Virus record (IMG/VR): IMGVR_UViG_3300023174_000221
Span: 1 to 53,458 of that record
Origin: a virus
Lineage: Duplodnaviria; Caudoviricetes
Length of the DNA: 53,458 bases
Strand: one strand, 5' to 3'
A program made the position numbers and the translations under genes. Below, piece after piece: positions 18,688-27,805 of the stretch. The notes below the pieces were generated by a model. The model did no database searches. It saw only the letters and a list, made by a program, of their open reading frames with translations, and was not told the DNA's origin. Numbering within the stretch: position 1 is the stretch's first letter; the number at the start of each line of letters is the position of its first letter.

Positions 18688-19277
18688 TGACTAATGATCT
18701 TTGTTGTGGCAATGAAGATATCATCATTAATTTGGTAGAAGGAATTGATGACATCACTCATGAAGTTGTGCACATCAGGAACTGACAGTTGTGTACTAAA
18801 AGCAAATGCAGGGGCTTTCTTGCCAGCCTGAATGTTGATGCCAGTATGACCCAGCGCAGCATTGTCCTTGACATGTACAATACTCACACTGCACTTGCCC
18901 TTTTGTTGTGTGATACCACCTTGAGTAAATTCCTTATGCACCATGAGATCGTCACCATCCACCTCAATGGGTGCTTTGAGATACTTGGAGCTGAGAATAT
19001 TTGCTATATTGGTATTGAACAGCCTCTGAAAGCAAATGGCGCCAAATGCTTCTGTGATTAAAGGAATTTCATATAGAAAATGAATCATATCTTCACTGTA
19101 GATGAAGTCTTGACTCAATGCATCTTCCTGATCAATGAGACCTTCTGTCTCCACTTTGGCAGGAGCTCTGAAAGCAATTATGTTGCCAATGGGCAAGCAT
19201 TTCTTACGAAAGTATTTGTAAGCAAAGCGATGATGCAAAAGGGTTCCGTCATAACAAGAGATATTTTCTAGAATCAT
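18684..19277 (-). CDS. DUF366-family protein (biotin/lipoate-ligase-like fold)
   Basis: YDG..L...FAY, IIAFR.P..V, IDQED, IYSEDMIHF..E, FQRLF, GDDL, K.SVSI and H.GINI motifs. Start reassigned to ATG 19277 behind a promoter. Confidence 0.75.
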   Translation of the reverse strand: MILENISCYDGTLLHHRFAYKYFRKKCLPIGNIIAFRAPAKVETEGLIDQEDALSQDFIYSEDMIHFLYEIPLITEAFGAICFQRLFNTNIANILSSKYLKAPIEVDGDDLMVHKEFTQGGITQQKGKCSVSIVHVKDNAALGHTGINIQAGKKAPAFAFSTQLSVPDVHNFMSDVINSFYQINDDIFIATTKIISH

Positions 19278-19286
19278 ATATAAAGC

Positions 19287-19314
19287 ATTATACAGTGAAA
19301 AAACCAAGTATCAA
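19287..19314 (-). promoter_or_regulatory. sigma70-type promoter TTGATA-N16-TATAAT
   Basis: ATG 9 nt downstream; T-tract just upstream of the -35 box. Confidence 0.65.
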
Positions 19315-19316
19315 GT

Positions 19317-19388
19317 AAAAAAACCCTTCGAGCAAAATTCCTTTCCTCCTATTATCCATGTTTATAAGGAACCGTCTTTATCAACCAC
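19317..19388 (-). ncRNA. Candidate small RNA or leader containing an orphan Shine-Dalgarno (TAGGAGG)
   Basis: Lies downstream of the promoter at 19394-19421. GTTCCTT/AAGGAAT stem potential, only an 8-codon GTG ORF, ends in T7. No strong terminator hairpin. Confidence 0.3.
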
Positions 19389-19393
19389 AATTT

Positions 19394-19421
19394 ATTATAA
19401 TCGAATTTTATAAAAAATCAA
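19394..19421 (-). promoter_or_regulatory. sigma70-type promoter TTGATT-N16-TATAAT with no sizeable ORF directly downstream
   Basis: Exact match to the recurrent promoter pattern in this window. Confidence 0.6.
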
Positions 19422-19466
19422 CTATGTTTACCGCATTATTTTCAATTGAACCTTAGTTTTTTCTCA

Positions 19467-19472
19467 TAAATA
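19467..19472 (+). promoter_or_regulatory. Late promoter TAAATA of portal gene
   Basis: TAAATA-actgat-ATG. Confidence 0.6.
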
Positions 19473-19478
19473 ACTGAT

Positions 19479-21281
19479 ATGGCTGATAATGCTGATACAG
19501 GACGTGGTAATACAGTTGGTCGTTCTTTAATGAATTATGTTAACTCCAAGTTACCATATCAGAGCTACACTGTCATAGATACTCTCAACAAGCTTAATCC
19601 CAAATATAAAGTCTTCCAAGATACAGGAAGCAAGCGAACTGAAGCACTGTCTCGTCAAAGTATTAGCTCCAATACAGATTTCAATAGTATTGATCCTGCT
19701 GGTATTGTGGGTTTGGACAACAATTTCACACAATACATGTATGCAAACATACAACATGATAAGATCACCCGTTTACGTGATTACAGAGTCATGGCTGCTT
19801 TCTCTGAAGTTGCAGATGCTATTGATGAAATTTGTGATGAAGCAATCAACAAAGATAAAAATGGCAAGGTAGTCTATCTCAGAACACCAGATGTGGATCT
19901 GGAGATTGACGATCAAGAGACTCTGGAGAAAGAATTTCAAAAATATGTTAACTACTTTGATCTGCAGAACAGAGGGTGGGATTACTTCAGAAGTTTGTTA
20001 ACTGATGGTGAAGTGTATTTTGAACACATTGTTCATAAGCAATATGAAGAAGAGGGTATTCTTGGTGTAGTTACTATTCCAACAGAATTTATTGATCCTA
20101 TTTTTGGCAATGTACAGAACATGATGGTTAAAGGCTTCTTATTACGTAAACCTGTATTCGATAAGACGAACCCATCGAAGATACTGGACTATGAACTGGT
20201 ACCCTTGGATAAAAACCAAGTTACATATATTAACTCTGGTATATGGAACGAAAACAAGACAATCAGATTGCCCTTCATTGAGAATGCTCGTCGTGCATAC
20301 AGACAATTGAGTTTAATTGAAGATGCTATTGTTATATACAGATTAGCTCGAGCACCAGAGAGACTCGTATTTAACGTGGACGTAGGCAATATGCCCCCAC
20401 CCAAGGCTGAGGCGTATCTCAAGAAACTAATGAACCAGTATTGGTCTTCAAAAACATATGACAATACTCAAGGTAGTAGCGCTGTTAAGAAATTTAACCC
20501 TCAAAGCATTCTTGATAATTTCTGGTTTGCAAAAAGAGCCGGTAGTGAAGGAACAAAGATTGATAGACTCGCTGGAGGTGAAAATCTTGGAAAATTAGAA
20601 GATCTAGAATATTTCTTAAAGAAGCTTTATAAGAGTTTGAAGGTTCCTGTGTCGCGTCTTAATTCTGATGATGGGTACAAGGATGATATGAACATTCTCC
20701 GTGAAGAACTAAAATTTGCAAAATTCATTGTTCGCATGCAGCAACAATTCTCCGAAGGACTTAAGAATGGCTTCATTACCCATCTCAAGCTTCGACAGAT
20801 ATGGGACAAGCTTGATCTAAAGGAAAATAATATTGACATTGAATTCAATGTGCCTGTTAATTTCTTTGAAATGCGTGAAGCACAGAAACAGGAGCTAAAG
20901 ACAACATCTTTCAACAACATCACACAATCTGATGCAGTCAGCAAGACCTATGCATTGAAAAAATATATGGGTTGGAGCGATATTGAGGTGCTTGCTAACA
21001 GGGAATTCATGCGCAAGGATATAGGCTTCTTGTGGGAGCTAGAGCAAATTAAATCAGGTGGCCCTAATTGGAGAGACAACATGCAAGCTGCTGCACCAGC
21101 TGCAGGTGGTGAATTAACTGCCGGCGGCGGCGGTGGAGGGGCACCTGCAGGAACACCTCCAGCCTTTGGACCTGCACCAGCGGCAGGCGGTGAAGCACCT
21201 GCTCCAGCTCCTGGACCTGAGGCCGCACCTGGTGCTGCAGCGCCATCACCCGAAGTACCCCCTGTTACTCCAGCCGCTTGA
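19479..21281 (+). CDS. Portal vertex protein, T4 gp20-like
   Basis: YRxMA..SEV.DAIDEI.DEAI, QLSLIEDAIVIYRLARAPERLVFNVDVGNMP..KAEAY, LAGGENLG, LYKSLKVPVSRL and REELKFAKFI.R; Pro/Ala-rich tail. Confidence 0.95.
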   Translation: MADNADTGRGNTVGRSLMNYVNSKLPYQSYTVIDTLNKLNPKYKVFQDTGSKRTEALSRQSISSNTDFNSIDPAGIVGLDNNFTQYMYANIQHDKITRLRDYRVMAAFSEVADAIDEICDEAINKDKNGKVVYLRTPDVDLEIDDQETLEKEFQKYVNYFDLQNRGWDYFRSLLTDGEVYFEHIVHKQYEEEGILGVVTIPTEFIDPIFGNVQNMMVKGFLLRKPVFDKTNPSKILDYELVPLDKNQVTYINSGIWNENKTIRLPFIENARRAYRQLSLIEDAIVIYRLARAPERLVFNVDVGNMPPPKAEAYLKKLMNQYWSSKTYDNTQGSSAVKKFNPQSILDNFWFAKRAGSEGTKIDRLAGGENLGKLEDLEYFLKKLYKSLKVPVSRLNSDDGYKDDMNILREELKFAKFIVRMQQQFSEGLKNGFITHLKLRQIWDKLDLKENNIDIEFNVPVNFFEMREAQKQELKTTSFNNITQSDAVSKTYALKKYMGWSDIEVLANREFMRKDIGFLWELEQIKSGGPNWRDNMQAAAPAAGGELTAGGGGGGAPAGTPPAFGPAPAAGGEAPAPAPGPEAAPGAAAPSPEVPPVTPAA

Positions 21282-21705
21282 TAGCTTTATAGGTTGAATT
21301 TAACTTCTGTCTCTCGTATTTGCGTGCATCTATTTCATCTGGATCATTCCAGTAGCGAGAGTTGTTTAATGCTGCATCACGGTAAGTGTAGGTGAGTGCA
21401 AAAGGTTTGTTCTGTATTCGAAATTGAATGAAGTGACGAAGTTCATGCAACAAATTGCGCAACATTCTCTTGATCTTCAGATATCTTGGATCAGAGCTTT
21501 TTGATTGCACCGCAACATTGAGAGTGTTCGTGTAGTAATCATAATTGCTGTCTATGGCTCTTGGCATAATATGAACACGCAGTCTCTTGACTCTGGTGCG
21601 TCCCTCTTTCTTGCAAAGTTTATGAATAATTGTATCCATGGATTTTGAGGATAATCTATTTTTACCCAGCCATCTTAATGATTGTCTACTGAAATTTATC
21701 TTCAT
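21265..21705 (-). CDS. HExxH zinc metallopeptidase-like protein
   Basis: LLHELRHFIQ ... YWNDPDEIDAR. Confidence 0.6.
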   Translation of the reverse strand: MKINFSRQSLRWLGKNRLSSKSMDTIIHKLCKKEGRTRVKRLRVHIMPRAIDSNYDYYTNTLNVAVQSKSSDPRYLKIKRMLRNLLHELRHFIQFRIQNKPFALTYTYRDAALNNSRYWNDPDEIDARKYERQKLNSTYKAIKRLE

Positions 21706-22304
21706 TTAAGCCAAACAGTTGTTGGATCGAACACCGTAGTATTTAGGAAGTTCCACACACGATACTCCGGCTTGGATTCAATACCTGCTGCTTTAATTAA
21801 ATTATGTAGAAGTGTTTCAAGATCTTCAATATGCCAAACATCATCTAGCAATCTTTTGCTTGATGTTCTAGATTTGTGTGCAACGTGATCTGCATATGAA
21901 TATGCAAAACCTGCAAATGGAGGTATCATGCAACCAAGGCTAACAAGATTACCCAGAATCCTAGAACACACTTCTTTACCACCCACAGAGTGCATTGTTA
22001 CAATTGCACATGCTGGTTTCCCCAGAAGATAATCTGACCCTTCAAGAATTGTCATTTTTTCAAAAAGCTGTTGCATTGGTGAGCCCCAACTATCCCAATA
22101 AGTTCCAGTTGAAAATATCAAACAATCTGCCTTCTTAATGTTGCGCTTAACACTATTCCAACAAAACGTAGGATACAATTGTATGATCCTCACCCTCACG
22201 CTATCATGTTGCTTGAGAATAGTCTTCTTGATCTTCTTAAGCAGCATGGAAGTATTACCGGTGCGGCCGCCAATAGCACCATTGATAATTAAGACATTCT
22301 TCAC
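21702..22304 (-). CDS. NAD(P)H-dependent FMN reductase / flavodoxin-like protein
   Basis: VLIING......GNT..L, IKKAD.LIFST.TYW.S.GS.M..LFE, GKPA..IVT.HS.GG. Confidence 0.8.
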   Translation of the reverse strand: MKNVLIINGAIGGRTGNTSMLLKKIKKTILKQHDSVRVRIIQLYPTFCWNSVKRNIKKADCLIFSTGTYWDSWGSPMQQLFEKMTILEGSDYLLGKPACAIVTMHSVGGKEVCSRILGNLVSLGCMIPPFAGFAYSYADHVAHKSRTSSKRLLDDVWHIEDLETLLHNLIKAAGIESKPEYRVWNFLNTTVFDPTTVWLK

Positions 22305-22311
22305 TTATATG

Positions 22312-22340
22312 AGTATACATGATAAGTACAATCAAATCAA
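22312..22340 (-). promoter_or_regulatory. sigma70-type promoter TTGATT-N17-TATACT
   Basis: GTG 7 nt downstream. Confidence 0.55.
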
Positions 22341-22376
22341 ATTATTATTTTTCTTTGTCGACTTAAAAAAAATATC

Positions 22377-22404
22377 TTGACTTAGCACAACTATCAATTA
22401 TTAT
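22377..22404 (+). promoter_or_regulatory. sigma70-type promoter TTGACT-N16-TATTAT
   Basis: ATG 6 nt downstream. Confidence 0.6.
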
Positions 22405-22410
22405 AGATAA

Positions 22411-22614
22411 ATGGAAACGTTCACAGTAGTAATAAAAAGTGTTCATAACGCTGATAGAACCCGTACCGTAAAAATTAAAGCGGAAGATACATGGCTTGCC
22501 CATAAAGAGGCTCTTTCTAAATATAATGAATTTCGTGAAATTATTGCCACCATCAAAGATAGTAAGGGCAATGAAGTCTTTAACCTGGAAAAAGGCTTCC
22601 TCTTTGAATCTTAA
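22411..22614 (+). CDS. Hypothetical protein
   Basis: ORF track; has its own promoter. Confidence 0.65.
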   Translation: METFTVVIKSVHNADRTRTVKIKAEDTWLAHKEALSKYNEFREIIATIKDSKGNEVFNLEKGFLFES

Positions 22615-22676
22615 TACCAGATACTATCATCAGAGCAAATAAATAATCGACACATCATGCAACAATCTCTCGTTCG

Positions 22677-22892
22677 ATGAATAGTATTTCCCTGATAGTT
22701 ACAGATCAGTCAGGAAGTGGGTCGTATCACGTGAAGATGGTTGTTGATGAAAAAGAATCTGGCATACTTTATTTGACACCCGAGCAGTTTGCTTTTATCT
22801 CCAAGTCACTCTGGAGGTCTTGCACCCAAGATGGTATCACCTTTAATGCCGAAAACCCTTTTGACTGTGAAGATTTAGAAGACGACGAGTAG
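22677..22892 (+). CDS. Hypothetical acidic protein
   Basis: ORF track. Confidence 0.6.
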   Translation: MNSISLIVTDQSGSGSYHVKMVVDEKESGILYLTPEQFAFISKSLWRSCTQDGITFNAENPFDCEDLEDDE

Positions 22893-22909
22893 CGAGAATA
22901 AATATTTGA

Positions 22910-23116
22910 GTGAAATACACTCAGTCAGTTGGGAAATTCTTCTGCGAAGAATTCAGCTCACACGTCTACGAAGACAGTAGACGGCACAGTATTCTTGTTA
23001 ATATTGATCATGAGTGGTTCAGTCAGCTTGTAACTGGTATGGAGAAGCGAAGATACAAGCTTGTGCATGTGACGGAAATGCCAAAAACCATTACATGTGT
23101 GTTCACAAAGCCTTGA
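22910..23116 (+). CDS. Hypothetical protein
   Basis: TAAATA-N5-GTG start. Confidence 0.6.
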   Translation: MKYTQSVGKFFCEEFSSHVYEDSRRHSILVNIDHEWFSQLVTGMEKRRYKLVHVTEMPKTITCVFTKP

Positions 23117-23140
23117 CTTTTTATTTTTTTCCGTTATAAT
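23113..23140 (+). promoter_or_regulatory. sigma70-type promoter TTGACT-N16-TATAAT
   Basis: Near-consensus; ATG 9 nt downstream. Confidence 0.7.
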
Positions 23141-23149
23141 TACGTAATA

Positions 23150-23872
23150 ATGCCTAAGGATAAAGTGCCTATCTTTGATAGTCCGTCTCATACATATACG
23201 GACCCAGATGATAATTTTAAATATACCAGTGTAACCAGGTTTCTGGATAGATTTAAACCTCATTTTGATGAACAGACGATGGCCAAGAGAATTGCACAGC
23301 GTGAGGGAATATCTGTTGAGTGTATTCTTGAAATGTGGGAAGAGAAGAGGGAGAAGAGCAAAGTGTTTGGCACACGTGTGCATAAAATTCTTGAACTGTA
23401 TCATACAACAGGAAAAAATTCCGATAAAGAATATGCAACCATATTAAACAAATTCAAAGAGCTTGATATAAAGCTCGACAAGAAAAATACTTTTTTTGAG
23501 AAACTTGTATACAATCGCAAATTTGGTATTGCAGGAATGTCAGATGTGATCATGCATAATGCAGATAAGAAAACGTTTAATGTGTATGATTTTAAGACTA
23601 ATAAAAAACTTCGATACCACTCCCCATTCAATGACCAGCTACTAGGACCAGTATCAAAATTTCCTTGTTCAGAATATTTTAGTTATTCCCTGCAGCTTAG
23701 CATGTATGCATACCTGTACAAGCTTATGACTGGATTAGAGCCTCTGCGTTTAAAGATTTTTTGGTATTCTCGTGAAAAACCTGAAGATTACACCAATTTA
23801 AATGGCGAATGGCAAACCATTGGTGTGCCATATCTAGAAGAAGATGTTATAAAGTGCTTGCAGCATGAGTAG
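23150..23872 (+). CDS. PD-(D/E)xK exonuclease
   Basis: H.Y....YTSVT, GT.VH..LE, E..VY....IAG.SD, YDFKT and Y.LQLS.YA motifs. Confidence 0.85.
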   Translation: MPKDKVPIFDSPSHTYTDPDDNFKYTSVTRFLDRFKPHFDEQTMAKRIAQREGISVECILEMWEEKREKSKVFGTRVHKILELYHTTGKNSDKEYATILNKFKELDIKLDKKNTFFEKLVYNRKFGIAGMSDVIMHNADKKTFNVYDFKTNKKLRYHSPFNDQLLGPVSKFPCSEYFSYSLQLSMYAYLYKLMTGLEPLRLKIFWYSREKPEDYTNLNGEWQTIGVPYLEEDVIKCLQHE

Positions 23873-24278
23873 AAGAAGCTGGGAGCAACACGCGTTAGCA
23901 CTTGCAGTGGAAGCTTCAAAGAGAAGTGAAGATCCCTACATTAAAGTAGGTGCATGCGCACTTGACTATAGTAATCGAGTACTTGGTGTTGCATACAATG
24001 GATTGGCCAGCGGTAAAGTTGTCAATACTAATTTCTGGAAGAACAGAGACAAAAGAAGACCTTACATGATTCATGCAGAGCAGAATCTACTAAGTTTGTT
24101 TGGCAGAGGTGAAGCTAGACTTGTTGCATGCACTTTATTGCCATGTTCAGATTGTGCCCGTCTAATAGGCTGCTGGGGTATCCCCATGGTTTGCTATCTT
24201 GATGATTATAAACGCGATTATGGAGCCATGGATATCTTTAAATTCTACGGAATTCAGCTTAAAAAAATTAAAATGTAA
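23865..24278 (+). CDS. dCMP deaminase
   Basis: RS.DP..KVGA, YNG, HAEQN and PCSDC zinc motifs. Confidence 0.9.
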   Translation: MSRRSWEQHALALAVEASKRSEDPYIKVGACALDYSNRVLGVAYNGLASGKVVNTNFWKNRDKRRPYMIHAEQNLLSLFGRGEARLVACTLLPCSDCARLIGCWGIPMVCYLDDYKRDYGAMDIFKFYGIQLKKIKM

Positions 24279-24313
24279 TACAGAATTATAACAGACTGGC
24301 ATAAATAACGTAT

Positions 24314-25018
24314 ATGGCCGTAGCTACAATTTCCGTTAATTTTGCCAGCCTTGCTGAAATCCAAGCTGGCACAAGCCCTGTACAGAGCATTAGCCCTTTG
24401 AATCTCAAAAATGCACTAACCAGCGGCACTAGTTTGTATGGCTTAAATGTCAATGGTGCCACATTCAACAATAACGTTACAATTGCTGCCGGTAATCTCA
24501 GTGTTGCCGGTAGTATTACTGCCATTGGTGCAGGATCCAGTTTTAATGGAATCAGTTCTTCTGCAGGCTTAACTGTTACTACAGGTGTTGCCACACTGCA
24601 AGCTGGTCTCACAGTAACTGCTGGTGCAGTCAACCTGCAATCAGGCATAGTATCTTCAGGATATACAACAGGTGCATTGGTTGTCACAGGTGGTGTGGGC
24701 ATCAGTGGCGATGTTAACACTGGACCCGGTGGTGATATAGTTGCCGGTGGTATTGTTATGTCGGCACTCGATGGCGTGCTGAGGAACATGGCTTCCTTTG
24801 CCGCACCGCGTATTAATGTTGGCACAGGTATTCCACTGTTTAGAACTACACACACCATACAGCTGACAACTTCTATAAACGGCTTAGGGAGCATTGTGCT
24901 TAATGTACCTACCACCGCCGGTACCATCATAACTGGTGGTACACTTGTGACTATGACTGTTCCAGGTCCTACAGCGCCAACAAATGTTTGCATTTCCTTT
25001 GGATATAAGTACACTTAA
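24314..25018 (+). CDS. Fibre-like virion protein (G/T/V/A-rich)
   Basis: TGALVVTGGVGISGD fibre motif; TAAATA-N6-ATG. Confidence 0.6.
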   Translation: MAVATISVNFASLAEIQAGTSPVQSISPLNLKNALTSGTSLYGLNVNGATFNNNVTIAAGNLSVAGSITAIGAGSSFNGISSSAGLTVTTGVATLQAGLTVTAGAVNLQSGIVSSGYTTGALVVTGGVGISGDVNTGPGGDIVAGGIVMSALDGVLRNMASFAAPRINVGTGIPLFRTTHTIQLTTSINGLGSIVLNVPTTAGTIITGGTLVTMTVPGPTAPTNVCISFGYKYT

Positions 25019-25033
25019 GCATAAATTAATTAT

Positions 25034-25744
25034 ATGCTCGGCGGATTAATAGGAGAAGGCGAATTCAGAGTAAATTTTGGTTCTTCAGGCAATTGGCTCA
25101 CATCAGTTAATTTGAAGGATATTTTTACTGCTGCATTCCCTGGTGTTACTGGGCCTGTTAGAGTTGTATTTACGCAAGCCGGAAATGTAGGGTCAAATCG
25201 TAGCATAGGATATGCCCTTACCACTGGTACTTGGGACGCAGGATCAGAAATTGTGTTAAATGTACCGACAACAGCTGGCCAAACTGAAGGAGCGACAGAT
25301 GGTTTAATTCTGGGTCAAGGTGGTGGTGCCAATGGCAATGCACCTGGTGCAGCAATAAGCTTGGGTTACAATCTTACCTTGGTTAATGCTGGAATCATTG
25401 GTGGTGGTGGTGGCAATGGAGCCGATCGAGGCGGCCCCCGGGGCAATGGTGGTGGTGGTGGCGGGTTTCCTTCTGGTGGACCTTCAGAAGGATCTGGCCC
25501 GGGCTCACTCTTTAGTGGTGGTGGTGGATCTGGTGGTTCTGGATTCGGAGGTGGTCTAGGCAAATTAGGCGGCTGTGCCTCATATTGTCCTAGCGCAGTT
25601 GCACCTGCAATTTATAGAAACGGTTGGACGTATACCTTTGATCCAGCCAGTATCAACCCTTGGTTTGCAGGTAATCCCGGTGAGAGAAGTTCCGCTTGCG
25701 ATCCCATAAACGTGGCTGGTGATCGCAACGGTGGTGTTAGTTAA
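25034..25744 (+). CDS. Glycine-rich tail-fibre adhesin, T-even gp38-like
   Basis: GLILGQGGG, N.GIIGGGGG and GGGGGFPSGG polyglycine motifs preceded by a PVRVVF beta region. Confidence 0.6.
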   Translation: MLGGLIGEGEFRVNFGSSGNWLTSVNLKDIFTAAFPGVTGPVRVVFTQAGNVGSNRSIGYALTTGTWDAGSEIVLNVPTTAGQTEGATDGLILGQGGGANGNAPGAAISLGYNLTLVNAGIIGGGGGNGADRGGPRGNGGGGGGFPSGGPSEGSGPGSLFSGGGGSGGSGFGGGLGKLGGCASYCPSAVAPAIYRNGWTYTFDPASINPWFAGNPGERSSACDPINVAGDRNGGVS

Positions 25745-25747
25745 TAA

Positions 25748-26374
25748 CTATTTTAAAATCAATCCAGTGGTAGGGTGGCGATTAATTATGCCGCGCAAGT
25801 ATGTATTGAACGCAAGAGATATTCTTGTAATATTTGATTCATTTGGCTCAACCTTATGAACAACATGTGAGGGAAACAGGTATAACTCATAGGGTTTAGG
25901 TGTAAACTTCCATGCATTTGAATTGAATATATTATAGTCCTTTTTTTCATATTCTAAAGGAGTGTATCTATTATCTGAACACACAAATTGACCAGTCCTG
26001 TTGTCAGCTTGATAGTAGAATGTGCCACTTACAAAAGAATTTGGATGTGTATGACCATGATGAAAATCACCTGGATCGTTTCTATTTAACCATGATTGAG
26101 TAATATAGATCTCGATGTCATCAGAGGCCATCAAAATATTATGAAAATAAATGTTAAGATGCTTTTTGATGGTCTTTGCCAACACACTCTCTTCATATCT
26201 CTTTAAGAAATATTGCTCTACTGTATGCCTGTTACCAGTATTAATCTCTAATTTTTCTTTTTGATTGATATCTGACTCATTCATCATTGCCACTAATTCT
26301 GCCATATTCAACTCTGATTCAATATTAGTATGATATATTGCGCAGCCAAATAACGGGGTAATCTCAGTACTCAT
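25748..26374 (-). CDS. 2OG-Fe(II) oxygenase (TIGR02466-like)
   Basis: ITQSWLN, HTHPNSFVSGTFY, LFPSHVVHKV and RISLAFN. Start reassigned to ATG 26374, 6 nt after TTGTTT-N16-TATAAT. Confidence 0.85.
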   Translation of the reverse strand: MSTEITPLFGCAIYHTNIESELNMAELVAMMNESDINQKEKLEINTGNRHTVEQYFLKRYEESVLAKTIKKHLNIYFHNILMASDDIEIYITQSWLNRNDPGDFHHGHTHPNSFVSGTFYYQADNRTGQFVCSDNRYTPLEYEKKDYNIFNSNAWKFTPKPYELYLFPSHVVHKVEPNESNITRISLAFNTYLRGIINRHPTTGLILK

Positions 26375-26444
26375 GTTAATATTATAATACACATTTATGA
26401 TAAAACAAGCATTGATTAAAACCAATGTAAAATATAAATAAAGA

Positions 26445-27203
26445 GTGATTACATATTGGCAATTGCCCACAAATAAGTCGTACGTCCGCATTGATCGTAA
26501 TGGCCTCAACACAGCTATCGGTGAAGCCATCTTGAAATCGTTCTACCGTGGCAATCTCATGGATTACAACAAGCCGGCTGAAGACAGAGATAATTTCAAA
26601 GCCATAGAGAAACAGACTGGCAAGAAATTAGTCAAAGGTACACCACCGGGTGGCCACTTTGATATTATAAGACCAGAACTTGAATATTATAATGTTGAAG
26701 GGACTAATATTTGGCATCCTTTTAACAAGAGACAATCACCGCATAGGTTCATCCCACTTGCAACAGAAGAAAACAAAGGCACAGTGCATGCATTAATACG
26801 ACACCCTGTGCAGCGGTTTGTTAGTTTTATAAACAGATACACACCACAGCTGCATACATACGACGAGGGGTTTGATATCACCAAGTGTGTGGATGATGCT
26901 GTGTTGCAGCTTGAAAATACCCCTCAAACAGAGATATTCCTATACAATAACAAGCAGCTAATACCACAAGCAATATTTTTGGATAATAATTTTAAAGATA
27001 TTAAGTTTTATCAATATCCAAACCACATAAGCGAGTTAATTGCTGATTTGGAATTGAGTAAGCCACCCCAAAAAGAGCAATCTACTCTTCTGCAATCAAT
27101 CACTCTCACAAAAGCGCACGAGGATATTATAACGGACAAGTTTAAAGCAGACTTAGAATTATTTGACCGCATTAAAACACCAGGTATCATGCTGGAAGGA
27201 TGA
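26445..27203 (+). CDS. Sulfotransferase family 2-like protein (degenerate)
   Basis: YVRIDRNGLNT (cf. FIHIPKxGxT), ALIRHPVQRFVSF, LIPQ..FL and F.ADLELF. TATAAATA-N4-GTG. Confidence 0.55.
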   Translation: MITYWQLPTNKSYVRIDRNGLNTAIGEAILKSFYRGNLMDYNKPAEDRDNFKAIEKQTGKKLVKGTPPGGHFDIIRPELEYYNVEGTNIWHPFNKRQSPHRFIPLATEENKGTVHALIRHPVQRFVSFINRYTPQLHTYDEGFDITKCVDDAVLQLENTPQTEIFLYNNKQLIPQAIFLDNNFKDIKFYQYPNHISELIADLELSKPPQKEQSTLLQSITLTKAHEDIITDKFKADLELFDRIKTPGIMLEG

Positions 27204-27805
27204 TGTCTTTTTTAGAAAATAAATATTGTGTAGTCAAGAAGGCTCTTTCAGAAGAAACTTGCACTATAGCAACAAAGTATGCTCTACTCAAGAAACAGGT
27301 AGAGTTCGCTCCAGAAAATATTGAAAATAGAGAGAAGACACACGCAGTTTATAGCGACAGTCTCATGGAAAGTATTCTGTGGGCTCTTCATCCCAAGATA
27401 GAGTCAGTGACAAATTTAACTCTGTTTCCCACATATTCTTTTTATCGAGTCTATAATCCAGGTGACAGTCTGGAGATACACACAGATAGACAAGAATGTG
27501 AAATTAGCGCAACACTGTGCGTTGGGGCAAAATATATTACACAAACACCTGATTATAATTGGAGCATGTATGTAAAATCTCCTGCGGGGCAGATAGAGCA
27601 ACCACGGTGTTTACCTGGTGATATGGTTGTTTATAGAGGCATAGACATAGAGCATTGGAGAGAGCCGTTTGTTGCTGAGGAAGGATCATACCAAGTGCAA
27701 GTGTTCTTGCACTATGTTGATGCAAACGGCAGTCTCAAGCATCTTAAATATGATCGCAGACCTGGCTTAGGACTACCCATTACAAGCAGAATTAACCCAC
27801 AGTAG
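27200..27805 (+). CDS. 2OG-Fe(II) oxygenase (cyanophage-type)
   Basis: PTYSFYRVY..GD.L..HTDR..CEISATL, PGDMVVYRG..EHWR and QVFLHYVD. Confidence 0.85.
   Translation: MMSFLENKYCVVKKALSEETCTIATKYALLKKQVEFAPENIENREKTHAVYSDSLMESILWALHPKIESVTNLTLFPTYSFYRVYNPGDSLEIHTDRQECEISATLCVGAKYITQTPDYNWSMYVKSPAGQIEQPRCLPGDMVVYRGIDIEHWREPFVAEEGSYQVQVFLHYVDANGSLKHLKYDRRPGLGLPITSRINPQ

Noticed and set aside
19317-19388. preQ1 riboswitch
   Set aside because: A GGTTC is present, but there is no closing P1 stem or 3' A-rich tail as in preQ1-I.
21085-21281. GC-rich low-complexity stretch as foreign DNA
   Set aside because: It is the in-frame Pro/Ala/Gly tail of the portal protein.
23150-23872. Cas4 / CRISPR-associated gene
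   Set aside because: It lacks the four-Cys Fe-S arrangement and any CRISPR context; it is an ordinary phage PD-(D/E)xK nuclease.
24286-25014. 242-aa minus-strand ORF and similar antisense ORFs (e.g. 9124-9543, 11833-12237, 16696-17157, 22958-23404)
   Set aside because: They lie antisense to better-supported genes and show no recognisable motifs or promoter context.
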